A stretch of 64,000 nt of DNA from an uncultured Solibacteraceae bacterium (GTDB lineage Bacteria; Acidobacteriota; Terriglobia; Bryobacterales; Bryobacteraceae): positions 70-64,069 of the forward strand of contig CAZWTH010000231.1 of the NCBI GenBank assembly GCA_964636715.1, given 5' to 3'. Below are positions 40,378-49,589 of the stretch, piece by piece. Under the pieces are notes generated by a model. The model searched no databases. It was not told the DNA's origin and worked only from the letters and a program-made list of their open reading frames with translations. The stretch's first letter is position 1; each line of letters begins with the position of its first letter. The position numbers were made by a program, and so were the translations under genes.

Positions 40378-41031
40378 ATGAGTCTGGAGGCAGAGGTGGC
40401 GGCGGTGAATGCAGCGGGATTCGAGATAGCCAACTCAAATGCCGGGAAGGCCGTGGATGTATATTTCTCGGCCGATGTCGAGACGGACGGCCCAATTCCG
40501 GGACCATACTCCATTCTCTCTTTTGCTCTTGTCTACGCAGGCTCGTTTGACGGTGAACAATTTGTGAAGCCAGATCGCGAACCCATTGTCTTTTATCGGG
40601 AGCTGAGACCGATATCAGCAAATTTTGAGCCGGAAGCGCTGCGAGTCAACGGCCTCGACAGGGAAAGATTACTGCGGGAGGGTGTTTCGCCGGAAGATGC
40701 GATGACCGAGGCCGCTCACTGGATCAAGCAGAGAGCTGGGGCTGGCCGTCCCGTACTAGTCGCCTATCCACTCAGTTTCGATTGGTCGTGGCTGTATTGG
40801 TATTTCGTGAAGTTTTCCGCAAGCGGGTCTCCGTTTGACTACTCGCGGTGCTTCGATATTAAAACCGCAGTGGCGGTCAAGGCGCGAATACCGATTTCCA
40901 ATGCGGGCAGGTCCCGGTTGATCCCCTCACTACAGAGCTATCGAGTCCACACTCACCACGCCGTTGAAGATGCAATTGAGCAGGCGGAAATTTTCGCAAA
41001 CGTTTTCGAATGGGGAGGAATCGGTGGGTGA
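40378..41031 (+). CDS. DEDDh-family 3'-5' exonuclease (DnaQ/RNase T fold)
   Basis: Exo I ADVETDG, Exo II LVAYPLSFDWSWL and Exo III HHAVEDAIEQAEIF (H-x4-D). Possible alternative GTG start at 40396, preceded by GGAGG at 40386-40390. Confidence 0.75.
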   Translation: MSLEAEVAAVNAAGFEIANSNAGKAVDVYFSADVETDGPIPGPYSILSFALVYAGSFDGEQFVKPDREPIVFYRELRPISANFEPEALRVNGLDRERLLREGVSPEDAMTEAAHWIKQRAGAGRPVLVAYPLSFDWSWLYWYFVKFSASGSPFDYSRCFDIKTAVAVKARIPISNAGRSRLIPSLQSYRVHTHHAVEDAIEQAEIFANVFEWGGIGG

Positions 41032-42013
41032 ACTTTTGGCCGCCCGCCGCAATGAGACCAATCTTCGCCTTGCGGAAATGCAGAAACGGCTCGCCGCAGC
41101 GGAAAAGCTTGTTAGCGGAAAGGCCTGCGTTTATGCGACGGGCTCATTTGGCCGCGGGGAAGCGAGCAGGTTCAGCGACCTGGATCTATTCATTGTTGGT
41201 GGTTCCGAGCAGATTGGTGGCAGACGCCTGCTTTCGAGGCTCGACGAAATTTGCGTGAAGGCCGACCTTGTCGAAGTCACTCGGGACCTGAAGATTCCGG
41301 AGTTCTCGGGAGACGGCGAGTACCTGGAGCACTACACTGTTGGGGAACTTATTAGAGCACTGGGGACGCCGGAGGATGATTCGAGCAATGCCTTCACCGC
41401 TCGCCTTCTTCTGCTGCTCGAGAGCCAGCCGCTGGTGGGGGCAGAAAGCTATAGGGCACTGACATCCGAGGTCATCGCCGCCTACTGGCGCGATTACGAG
41501 AATCACAGGAACGAGTTCATGCCGGCTTACCTGGCGAACGACATCCTGCGCCTGTGGCGTACTTTCTGTGTCAATTACGAGGCGCGCACATCCTCCGATC
41601 CGCCCCCTAAAAAGGCAAAGAGAAAACTGAAGAACTATAAGCTCAAACACAGCAGATTGTTGACCTGTTATTCAGCGCTGCTGTATTTGCTCGCGGTCTA
41701 CTCCAGAAACAAAACCGTTCACCCGGAAGATGCGGTCGCAATGATTCAAATGACTCCAACGCAACGGCTGGAATGGCTGATGACGCAGGAATGTTTGTCC
41801 GAAGCGAGGGAGACGGTGGCGGCGGTCATCGAGCGATACGAGCAATTCCTGCGGCAGACGGAAATGCCGGAAGAAGATCTCGTGAAACAATTCATGGAAA
41901 GGGATACCGCCAGAAAATTCATGGCGTCCGCCCCTGCATTTGGAGATTTGGTCTACTCCCTGTTATCAAGGCTCGGTGGTAACGGACGCTTCTTCCGTCT
42001 TCTTGTTGTCTAG
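41024..42013 (+). CDS. Pol-beta-superfamily nucleotidyltransferase with helical C-terminal domain (GlnD/GlnE-like signature)
   Basis: GTG at 41024 preceded by GGGGAGGA (41012-41019), overlapping the exonuclease stop by 8 nt. Active-site pattern TGSFGRGEASRFSDLDLFIV (G-S-x-G-R-G-E ... D-x-D). About 250 aa of all-helical tail. The ORF-track ATG at 40964 is also possible. Confidence 0.7.
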   Translation: MGELLAARRNETNLRLAEMQKRLAAAEKLVSGKACVYATGSFGRGEASRFSDLDLFIVGGSEQIGGRRLLSRLDEICVKADLVEVTRDLKIPEFSGDGEYLEHYTVGELIRALGTPEDDSSNAFTARLLLLLESQPLVGAESYRALTSEVIAAYWRDYENHRNEFMPAYLANDILRLWRTFCVNYEARTSSDPPPKKAKRKLKNYKLKHSRLLTCYSALLYLLAVYSRNKTVHPEDAVAMIQMTPTQRLEWLMTQECLSEARETVAAVIERYEQFLRQTEMPEEDLVKQFMERDTARKFMASAPAFGDLVYSLLSRLGGNGRFFRLLVV

Positions 42014-42016
42014 AGC

Positions 42017-42098
42017 CGTGATCAACCTCGATAACCACATCAACCGCAACGTCCCGCTCGAATCGTTCGGGGTCGAAGGCGCCAGCACCATTCAGTAG
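42017..42098 (+). pseudogene. Direct repeat copy 2: orphan duplicate of the last 27 codons + stop of the ATPase gene
   Basis: 81/82 identity to 40271-40352. Starts 3 nt after the NTase stop. No upstream coding continuation in that frame. Confidence 0.85.
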
Positions 42099-42152
42099 CC
42101 ACTCCCTTGCGCGCTGCCTTCCCTGGCGATAGCATGACTAGCGAGGGCTTTC

Positions 42153-44132
42153 TTGCGTTTTCGCCATCTTTTCCTCCTTTTCGCCCTGGCCTGGACCGCC
42201 TCCGCGCAGGATCGCCCATTCGGTTCCGGCCTTTACCAGGTCATGCAGAACGCCGGATGCCCGCTCTGCCATAACCCGAACGGCGTCGCCTCCGCCACCC
42301 GAATCCACTTCCCTGAAGCCGATGCCTCGCCCGAAAAGATCGAAGCCTTCGGCCGATCCCTCGTCGTTGTCGTCGATCGCAACAACCCCGAGGCATCTCT
42401 GTTACTGAACAAACCCACCGCCCGGATTCCACACACCGGCGGCGAACGAATTAAACCGGGTAGTCCCGAAGAGGCCGTCCTCAAAGCCTGGGTCAACCGC
42501 CTCGCCCGCCTCTCCGGCCCCGACCTCGCAGCCGCCCTGAAGTATCGCGAAATGGAAAACGCGGGCAGTGGCGAAAGCCGTCCGCGCGTGGATCTCCGCC
42601 GGCTCACGCACAGCCAGTACAACCACACCGTTCGCGACCTCCTTGGCGACACGACCCAGCCATCCAATCAGTTCCCGCCCGAAGACTTCGTCAACGGCTT
42701 CCGCAATCAGGGACAGGCCGAGACCATTTCTCCGCTCCTGATGGAAAACTACAGCACCGCCGCCGAGCGCCTGGCGAAAAGCGCCTTTCGCGGCGGCGAC
42801 GCCAGTCTGATCCCCTGCAAACCTTCCGCCGCCTGCCGCACCCGCTTCGTGAAGGATTTTGGCCTGAAGGCGTTCCGGCGTCCGCTCGAACCGACCGAGC
42901 AGAAACGGTACGAAACCCTGATGATGCGCGAAAAGGATTTCACCGCCGGCGCTCAGCTCGTCATCGAAGCGATGCTGCAATCCCCCGACTTCCTCTTTCG
43001 TTTCGAAGAAACGTCATACCCGGCCTGGAAACCGTACGCGGCCGCGAGCCGGCTTTCTTATGCCCTCTGGGACAGCATGCCGGACGCCGAGCTGTTCGCC
43101 GCCGCTGCTCGCGGCGATCTGAACACCCGGCAGGGCGTCGATCGACAGGCCCGCCGCCTGCTCGACGACCCGCGCGCTCATGAAGCCCTCAACGAATTCG
43201 TCAGCCAGTGGCTGCGGTTCGATCGCGTTCTCACCGCGTCGAAAGACCGCCGCAAGTACCCCGATTTCACTCTCGAAACCGCCGAATCGATGACCGAAGA
43301 AGCACGAGTCTTCGTAGGCGATCTCGTCTGGAACGATCGCAACTTCATGGATCTGTTCAGCGCAGGCTACACGTTCGCGAACGCGGACCTCGCCGCCATC
43401 TACGGCATCAAACCGCCGGCGAAAGAGTTCGGGAAGGTCAGCTTTCCCGCGGATTCCGAACGGGCCGGCGTTCTCGGCCAAACTCTTTTCCTCGCTCTCA
43501 CCGCGAAGCCTGAAGACTCCTCGCCCACCGCGCGCGGTCTCTTCGTGCGCGAACAATTCCTCTGCCAGCACGTGCCGCCTCCGCCACCCGGCGTGAATAC
43601 CAATCTGCCGCCGGTGACCGAAGCGAAGCCGCAAACCAATCGCGACCGCATGACTGAGCACGCCAGCAATCCGATGTGCGCCTCCTGTCACAAGCTGATG
43701 GACCCCATCGGCTTCGGTCTCGAAAAGTTCGATTCCGTCGGCGCGCGTCGCGATAAATACACGCTGACCTTCGCAACCGGACGCGGCGGCGGAAACGGCA
43801 ATGGCAACAATCGCCCCGCCACAAAGAAGATCGACCTGGATCTCAACACCGCCGGAACCGTAGCCGGCCTGCCCGATTCATCATTCTCTTCGCCCGCTCA
43901 GCTCGGCGCCATTCTTGCGAAGAGCGCGCAGTGCCAGGAATGCGTTGTGAAACAATATTTCCGGTACACCACGGGACGCATGGAAGTTCCGGCCGACCGT
44001 CCTGTCATCACCCAGGCGCTGGACGATTTCCGGAAATCGCAATATCACTTTAAAGATCTGATGCTGTCGCTGGTTCGGTTGCGGGAATTTCCCGGGTCAG
44101 GAGAGATCGCCGATGTCGGAAATCATCACTAA
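42153..44132 (+). CDS. PSCyt / DUF1592-DUF1588-DUF1585 multidomain protein (paralog 2)
   Basis: TTG start with GAGGG upstream. Signal peptide [27 protein letters not shown] and [19 protein letters not shown]. Confidence 0.8.
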   Translation: MRFRHLFLLFALAWTASAQDRPFGSGLYQVMQNAGCPLCHNPNGVASATRIHFPEADASPEKIEAFGRSLVVVVDRNNPEASLLLNKPTARIPHTGGERIKPGSPEEAVLKAWVNRLARLSGPDLAAALKYREMENAGSGESRPRVDLRRLTHSQYNHTVRDLLGDTTQPSNQFPPEDFVNGFRNQGQAETISPLLMENYSTAAERLAKSAFRGGDASLIPCKPSAACRTRFVKDFGLKAFRRPLEPTEQKRYETLMMREKDFTAGAQLVIEAMLQSPDFLFRFEETSYPAWKPYAAASRLSYALWDSMPDAELFAAAARGDLNTRQGVDRQARRLLDDPRAHEALNEFVSQWLRFDRVLTASKDRRKYPDFTLETAESMTEEARVFVGDLVWNDRNFMDLFSAGYTFANADLAAIYGIKPPAKEFGKVSFPADSERAGVLGQTLFLALTAKPEDSSPTARGLFVREQFLCQHVPPPPPGVNTNLPPVTEAKPQTNRDRMTEHASNPMCASCHKLMDPIGFGLEKFDSVGARRDKYTLTFATGRGGGNGNGNNRPATKKIDLDLNTAGTVAGLPDSSFSSPAQLGAILAKSAQCQECVVKQYFRYTTGRMEVPADRPVITQALDDFRKSQYHFKDLMLSLVRLREFPGSGEIADVGNHH

Positions 44133-45441
44133 GCGCGTCCGGCTGTCGCGCCGTTCCGTCCTGAAAGGAATCACCGCCGCCGGCGCTCGCATCGCCATCG
44201 GACTGCCGCCGCTCGTTTCCATGTTCAATTCGGCGGGCACGGCCTACGCCGCCGAATCGAAGCCGATCGAGAACCGCTTCGTTCTCTGGTTCAACGGCAA
44301 CGGCATCCCGGAAGGCGCATGGATCCCGTCCGAAGAAGGCCCCGATTACCGGCTGACGCACTGCCTCGCCCCACTCGCCCAGCATCGCGACGATATCCAC
44401 GTGATCAGCGGCCTCGATAACGCCGCCGCCATGATTCCCGGGCCCGGCGTGGGCAATGGCCACCATAATTCCATGGCGGGGCTCATGACCTGCACGCAGT
44501 TCAGCGGGCGCGGCGCGAGCGGGCCTTCGATCGATCAGGCAATCGCGGCGCGCATTGGAGGCGACTCGCGTTTCCGCTCGCTCCAGATCGGCGTTTCGCA
44601 GGAATCCTTCGGCGAAAGCATCCAGCGCAACATGAGCTGGGCCGGATACGAGAAGGCGCTGCCGCCGGAGATGATCCCGCACCGACTCTTCGACCGCCTG
44701 TTCGGCGCCCGCGAAGAAGGGTGGGCCGACCGTAAACGCAGCATTCTCGATGCGATTCGCGAGGACGCGGACGATCTGAAGAAGAAGCTTCCCGCCGATG
44801 ATCGCCTTCGCGTGGACGAGCACCTGGCCGGTGTACGCGATATCGAGCATTCGATCGCGGCCCTGCCGCCCGAATATCGCCACGTCGATCCGCCGGATTT
44901 CGAAGGCGACCCCAAGGACTGGCCGCGCATCGCCCGCCTGCAGAGCGATCTTCTGGTTCAGGCGCTCGCCACGCACCAGACTCGCGTCGCGTCCTACATG
45001 CTCACGAAGTGCCAGGGTCTTTCGCGTTTCCCGTGGCTCGGTTACACGTCCGCACGGCATCACGATTACACCCACACCATGGGCAAGCTTGGAGCCGATG
45101 GCGTGGAAGGCCAGAAGGTGCTGCGCGACATCTGCAAGTGGCATGTCCAGGAGTTCTCATATCTCCTCGATCGTCTGAAAGCGGTTCCGGAAGGCGACGG
45201 CTCCGTTTTCGATCACACGCTGGTTGCATTCGTTCACGAACACGCTGAGGCGGATCCGCATAAGAACACCGGCCTAGCCATGATTCTTGCGGGCGGCGTC
45301 CCGAAGCTTGCCAAGGGCACGCACACGCGCGTCACCGGCACCGTGGGCGATCTCTATCTGACGCTGACGGATGACGTCCTCAACGTAGGCCTCGGCAAAT
45401 TCCCGACCGCGACCCGAAGAGTGGCCACGGTGGTGGCGTGA
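44113..45441 (+). CDS. DUF1552 domain protein (paralog 2)
   Basis: [28 protein letters not shown] Tat-like N-terminus. Collinear similarity to 23036-24397. 20-nt overlap with the upstream gene. Confidence 0.8.
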   Translation: MSEIITKRVRLSRRSVLKGITAAGARIAIGLPPLVSMFNSAGTAYAAESKPIENRFVLWFNGNGIPEGAWIPSEEGPDYRLTHCLAPLAQHRDDIHVISGLDNAAAMIPGPGVGNGHHNSMAGLMTCTQFSGRGASGPSIDQAIAARIGGDSRFRSLQIGVSQESFGESIQRNMSWAGYEKALPPEMIPHRLFDRLFGAREEGWADRKRSILDAIREDADDLKKKLPADDRLRVDEHLAGVRDIEHSIAALPPEYRHVDPPDFEGDPKDWPRIARLQSDLLVQALATHQTRVASYMLTKCQGLSRFPWLGYTSARHHDYTHTMGKLGADGVEGQKVLRDICKWHVQEFSYLLDRLKAVPEGDGSVFDHTLVAFVHEHAEADPHKNTGLAMILAGGVPKLAKGTHTRVTGTVGDLYLTLTDDVLNVGLGKFPTATRRVATVVA

Positions 45442-47435
45442 TCACGCTCCGAAAATCCGCGCTCGCCGTGGCGCTGGTGGCTGTGGCTGCATTGCCGCTC
45501 GCCGCGTCGGAACACGACGTCGCCGAATGGGCGATTCGCAGTGGCGGCCGCGTGATTCTCGCGGGCAATCCCGCGCCAATCGATTCCGTTCTGTCGCTCC
45601 CCGCGGGAGACGTTCACCTCACCGGCATCGATCTCGCCGGAACCCTGATCACCCCGGATCAACTGGAAATGATCAGCGGACTCACCGGCCTCAAAGAGCT
45701 GTCGCTCCCCGGCCCGATCTGGAATCCGGCCTCCGGCAGTTCGCTCGACGCGAATGACAAGCTGAAATTCCTCGCGGGTCTCACCGGCCTCGAAAAGCTT
45801 TCGTTCAGCCTCCACTTCCTGACCAACATCAATATTCAGGACAAAGGCGTCGTCCTCCTGACCGGCCTCGACAACCTGCGTGAGCTCCGTTGCGCCCAGT
45901 GCCGCATCTCGAAGGCCAGCCTCGCGATCTTCCCGAAACTCGAATCGCTCGACCTGAGCCTCTCTTCTTTCAATGACAAGGGCATGCAGGGCCTCGCGAG
46001 CCTCCACGACTTGCGGCGTCTCAATCTGCGGGATACGCTCGTGACGGGCGATGGCCTGCAGAGCCTCAGCGAACTCACGAAGCTCGAAGAACTCGACCTC
46101 GCCGGCACGCACGTGACGGACGCGGGCCTGGCGAATCTTCGCAATCTGAAATCGATGCGCGCTCTCAGCCTGCTCGGCTCCGAGGTGAGCGATGAATCGG
46201 CCGGCCTGCTGGCGGGGATGACCGAACTGCGCGAGCTCAATCTTTATCGCAGCCAGATCACCAATGCCGGCCTGGCGAAACTTGCCACGCTGAAAAATCT
46301 GGAAGCAATCGACCTCCGCTATTCGCGCGTCACCGCGTCGGGCGTGCAGGCTTTCCGCGCGGCGCTGCCGCAATGCAGAGTCGAATTTTCCGGCAATGAA
46401 CCTGTTTCGCAGAAGGGTCCCGCGCCGAAACCCAATGGAGCCGGCGATGCCGCGCTCGCCGCCTGGGTGCGAGCCGTCGGCGGCAAGGCCGTTTTGACGG
46501 ACGGCAAACTGCGTTCCGTCTCACTGCGCTCCACCGCGATCTCCGATGCCACACTGAAAAATCTCGCAACCGCGGGAAATGTGGAGAGCGTGGACCTTGA
46601 AGGCACGGAAATCGGCGATCTGGGCCTCGCGGCGTTGAAGAATCTGACCAGCCTGCGCGAGCTCAATCTGAATCAAACAACGGTATCGGATAACGGTCTC
46701 GCTTCACTCACCGGTCTCATCAAACTGACGACCCTCAAACTGGGCGGCACTCTCGTACGTGGACAAGGCCTGGTTCGATTGAAGGATCTCGCATCGCTCC
46801 GCGAGCTCGATCTCACGTCCGCGCCGATCGACGACGAAGGATTGGCCAACATCGGCGAAATCAAAGGCCTCGAACGCCTTTATCTCGGCGACACGAACGT
46901 TACGAACGCAGGTCTCAGCCATCTCTCCGCGCTGACTTCGCTGAGGACGCTCGAACTCGCCGGGACCGACACGAGCGATGAAGGTCTGGAAAGCCTCGCC
47001 GCCCTCACACGCCTGCGCGTCCTCAATCTCGATTACACGAAGGTGACGGACAAGGGCGTCGCGCATCTGGCGGGCCTGAAAAATCTGGAGCGCCTCCAAC
47101 TCGTCCGCACGCGAACCGGCGATCCCTCTGCCGAAGTCTTCGCGGGATTGACAAATCTCGCTTTTCTCGACATGAGTTACACGTCGTTCTCGGATTCCGG
47201 CCTCAAACAGATTCAGGGCCTCCCCAGACTTCGCGAGCTCCGCCTCGATTCGGCGGGAATTACGGACGCCGCGGCTGAAACTCTGAAATTGATGACCGGC
47301 CTCCAGACGCTGAATCTTTATCACACGCCGCTGACCGCAACGGGGTACGAGCAGATCAAAGCCGCGCTGCCCTCGTGCCGCATCATCTTCGACGCCGCCT
47401 CTTCGCCAGACGCCCGCAAGACCACCAAATTATGA
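45438..47435 (+). CDS. Secreted leucine-rich-repeat protein (two LRR blocks)
   Basis: GTGA overlap with the DUF1552 stop. Signal peptide. About 24-aa repeats LxxLxxLxLxxTxVTDxGLxxL. Each block ends in an AALPxCRhxF-type cap. Confidence 0.8.
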   Translation: MITLRKSALAVALVAVAALPLAASEHDVAEWAIRSGGRVILAGNPAPIDSVLSLPAGDVHLTGIDLAGTLITPDQLEMISGLTGLKELSLPGPIWNPASGSSLDANDKLKFLAGLTGLEKLSFSLHFLTNINIQDKGVVLLTGLDNLRELRCAQCRISKASLAIFPKLESLDLSLSSFNDKGMQGLASLHDLRRLNLRDTLVTGDGLQSLSELTKLEELDLAGTHVTDAGLANLRNLKSMRALSLLGSEVSDESAGLLAGMTELRELNLYRSQITNAGLAKLATLKNLEAIDLRYSRVTASGVQAFRAALPQCRVEFSGNEPVSQKGPAPKPNGAGDAALAAWVRAVGGKAVLTDGKLRSVSLRSTAISDATLKNLATAGNVESVDLEGTEIGDLGLAALKNLTSLRELNLNQTTVSDNGLASLTGLIKLTTLKLGGTLVRGQGLVRLKDLASLRELDLTSAPIDDEGLANIGEIKGLERLYLGDTNVTNAGLSHLSALTSLRTLELAGTDTSDEGLESLAALTRLRVLNLDYTKVTDKGVAHLAGLKNLERLQLVRTRTGDPSAEVFAGLTNLAFLDMSYTSFSDSGLKQIQGLPRLRELRLDSAGITDAAAETLKLMTGLQTLNLYHTPLTATGYEQIKAALPSCRIIFDAASSPDARKTTKL

Positions 47436-48358
47436 AGCGCGCCATCCACATCGCCGCTCTTCTCTCGCTCACGGCCTTCTGGCTCACGGGCGCCGACGAT
47501 ACCTGGATCGCGAAAGCTGGCGGCGCCGTCACGCGCGACGCATCCGGCCACATCACGCGCGTCGACCTCCGCTCCAGTTGGGTAACCGATACCGATCTCG
47601 CCCAGCTCGCCGCCATCCCCACTCTCCAGTCGCTCGACTTGTCGCTGACCCGCATCACCGATCACGGGATGCAGCAACTGAAGACCGCCCCGAATATCAC
47701 CGACTTCAATCTCTACTACGCCGAACTCGTGACGGATGAAGGCGTCGCTGCCATCAAAGACTGGAAACATCTGAAGCGCATCAATCTGCGCGGCACGCAC
47801 ATCACGGACACGACGCTGGAGCATCTCGCCGGGATGGAAACGCTGGAATCGATCGACGTGGGCTTCGCGCAAATCACGGACGTTGGTCCGGATCGCCTCG
47901 CCGGGCTTCCTCACCTGAAGGAACTCACGCTCGGCGGAAATAAACTCACCGATGTCGGTCTGCTGCCGCTTCGCCATCTCCAGACGCTCACGTACCTCGA
48001 TCTCAGCGGCGTGCAGCGCGCGGATTCGGGGCTCTGGTCCGTCAACCTCGGCGACCGCGGCATCGAGACAATTGCAGCGCTCCACGAGCTGCATGAACTG
48101 CGACTGACAGGCCTGCCGGTCACCGCGGCTTCGATTGAAAAGCTGAAGGGCCTGAGCAAGCTGGAGCGTATCGAGTTGCAGGGATGCAAACGAATCGCCG
48201 ATGACGCCGCGCCGGCGCTCGGAGCCTTGTCTGCCCTGCAGATCGCCGATCTGAAAAACACGGCGTTCACGGAAGCCGGCGCTCGCGCGCTCAAAGCCGC
48301 GAAGCCAGACACTCAGGTTCTTTACGGGCCCATTCCGTCGCTCGCCAGCGTACGATAG
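47432..48358 (+). CDS. Secreted leucine-rich-repeat protein
   Basis: ATGA overlap with the upstream LRR gene. Signal peptide [21 protein letters not shown]. Same LRR type. Confidence 0.8.
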   Translation: MKRAIHIAALLSLTAFWLTGADDTWIAKAGGAVTRDASGHITRVDLRSSWVTDTDLAQLAAIPTLQSLDLSLTRITDHGMQQLKTAPNITDFNLYYAELVTDEGVAAIKDWKHLKRINLRGTHITDTTLEHLAGMETLESIDVGFAQITDVGPDRLAGLPHLKELTLGGNKLTDVGLLPLRHLQTLTYLDLSGVQRADSGLWSVNLGDRGIETIAALHELHELRLTGLPVTAASIEKLKGLSKLERIELQGCKRIADDAAPALGALSALQIADLKNTAFTEAGARALKAAKPDTQVLYGPIPSLASVR

Positions 48359-48399
48359 CATATTTGTTCGGTTCCGGAACTATTTCGGGAGGAAATCAT

Positions 48400-49578
48400 A
48401 TGGGTCGATTCAATCGGCGTTCATTCATGAAAGCGGCGGGGCCGGCGAGCCTGATGCCGGCATTACCCCATTCGCTGTTTGCGCAGGTTGCCGCCGGGCG
48501 CGGACCGCGCATCATTGAGGAAGTCGTACCGCCTTCGCCGGAAGTGAAGCCGAAATACTCCATCAAATTCGCGGTCATCGGCATCGATCACAACCATATT
48601 CTCGGGATCACCGCCGCCATGCAACGCGGCGGAGGCCAACTGGTCTCCGTATTTTCGATGAATCCTCAATACCCGAAGACCATCGCGGATTTCAAAGCGC
48701 GTTTCGGCGACGTGAAAATCGCCCGCAGCGAGGATGAGATCCTGAACGATCCCGAAATCAAGCTGGTCTGCGCCGCGCCTATTCCCGATCAGCGGGCCGC
48801 GCTCGGCATTCGCGTCATGAAGCATGGCAAGGACTATCTGGTCGACAAGCCCGGCATCATCACGCTCGCGGAACTGGCCGAGGTTCGCAAGACGATCAAA
48901 GAAACGGGCCGCATCTACGGAATTCTTTTCTCCGAACGCCTCGAAGTGAGAGCCGCCGTGCAGGCCGGTGTGCTCGTCAAAGCCGGCGCTATCGGCAAAG
49001 TGGTTCAGACGATCAACATTGCCCCGCACCAGGTGAATGCGCCGTCTCGTCCCGACTGGTTCTGGGATCCCGCGCGCTACGGCGGCATCCTGTGCGACAT
49101 CGGTTCTCACCAGGTCGATCAGTTTCTCTATTACACGGGCTCAACGACCGCTGACGTGACGGCATCGCAGATCGCCAACGTCCACTATCCGAAATACCCG
49201 AAGTTCCAGGATTTCGGCGATGTGATGCTGCACGGCAATGGCGGCGCAGGCTATGTGCGCGTCGATTGGTTCACGCCCGATGGACTCGGCGTCTGGGGCG
49301 ACGGACGCCTCTTCATCCTCGGCACGGACGGCTACATCGAACTACGCAAGTATGCCGATATCGGCGGCCGCAAAGGCGGCAACCATCTGTTCCTCGTGGA
49401 CAATAAATCCCAGCGTTATGTCGATTGCACGAACGTGGTGCTGCCGTTCGGACCGCAGTTCGTGGGCGACATTGTCAATCGCACCCACGTGGCGCAGGAT
49501 CAGGTGGAGACGCTGCTCACGACCGAACTGGTACTGAAAGCGCAGCAGCAGGCGAAAGTTCTCAAGTTCACCACATAA
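48400..49578 (+). CDS. Gfo/Idh/MocA-family oxidoreductase (Tat signal)
   Basis: MGRFNRRSFMKAAGP twin-arginine leader. Rossmann N-terminus FAVIGIDHNHILG. Confidence 0.75.
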   Translation: MGRFNRRSFMKAAGPASLMPALPHSLFAQVAAGRGPRIIEEVVPPSPEVKPKYSIKFAVIGIDHNHILGITAAMQRGGGQLVSVFSMNPQYPKTIADFKARFGDVKIARSEDEILNDPEIKLVCAAPIPDQRAALGIRVMKHGKDYLVDKPGIITLAELAEVRKTIKETGRIYGILFSERLEVRAAVQAGVLVKAGAIGKVVQTINIAPHQVNAPSRPDWFWDPARYGGILCDIGSHQVDQFLYYTGSTTADVTASQIANVHYPKYPKFQDFGDVMLHGNGGAGYVRVDWFTPDGLGVWGDGRLFILGTDGYIELRKYADIGGRKGGNHLFLVDNKSQRYVDCTNVVLPFGPQFVGDIVNRTHVAQDQVETLLTTELVLKAQQQAKVLKFTT

Positions 49579-49589
49579 GGAACGCCGCG

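Larger units (their letters stand above)
40353..42098 (+). mobile_element. Putative inserted two-gene cassette plus duplicated target (no recombinase gene present)
   Basis: Bounded by the 82-bp direct repeat. Visibly AT-richer, with more A/T-ending codons than the flanks. Only 25 nt of leader and 3 nt of trailer around the two genes. Confidence 0.45.

Noticed and set aside
40353-42016. Considered calling the insert an IS element, transposon or integron cassette.
   Set aside because: No transposase or integrase gene, no terminal inverted repeats and no convincing attC-like imperfect palindrome at the 3' end. The 82-bp duplication is too long for a target-site duplication. Kept only as a putative inserted cassette.
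43780-43815. GGNGNGNN-encoding low-complexity stretch inside the DUF1592 paralog.
   Set aside because: A short in-frame Gly/Asn linker, not a nucleotide-level repeat element.
45438-48358. Regular ~72-75-bp periodicity that could be mistaken for a CRISPR or tandem-repeat array.
   Set aside because: The periodicity is in-frame and imperfect. It corresponds to 24-25-aa leucine-rich repeats within two long ORFs, with no spacer/repeat alternation.
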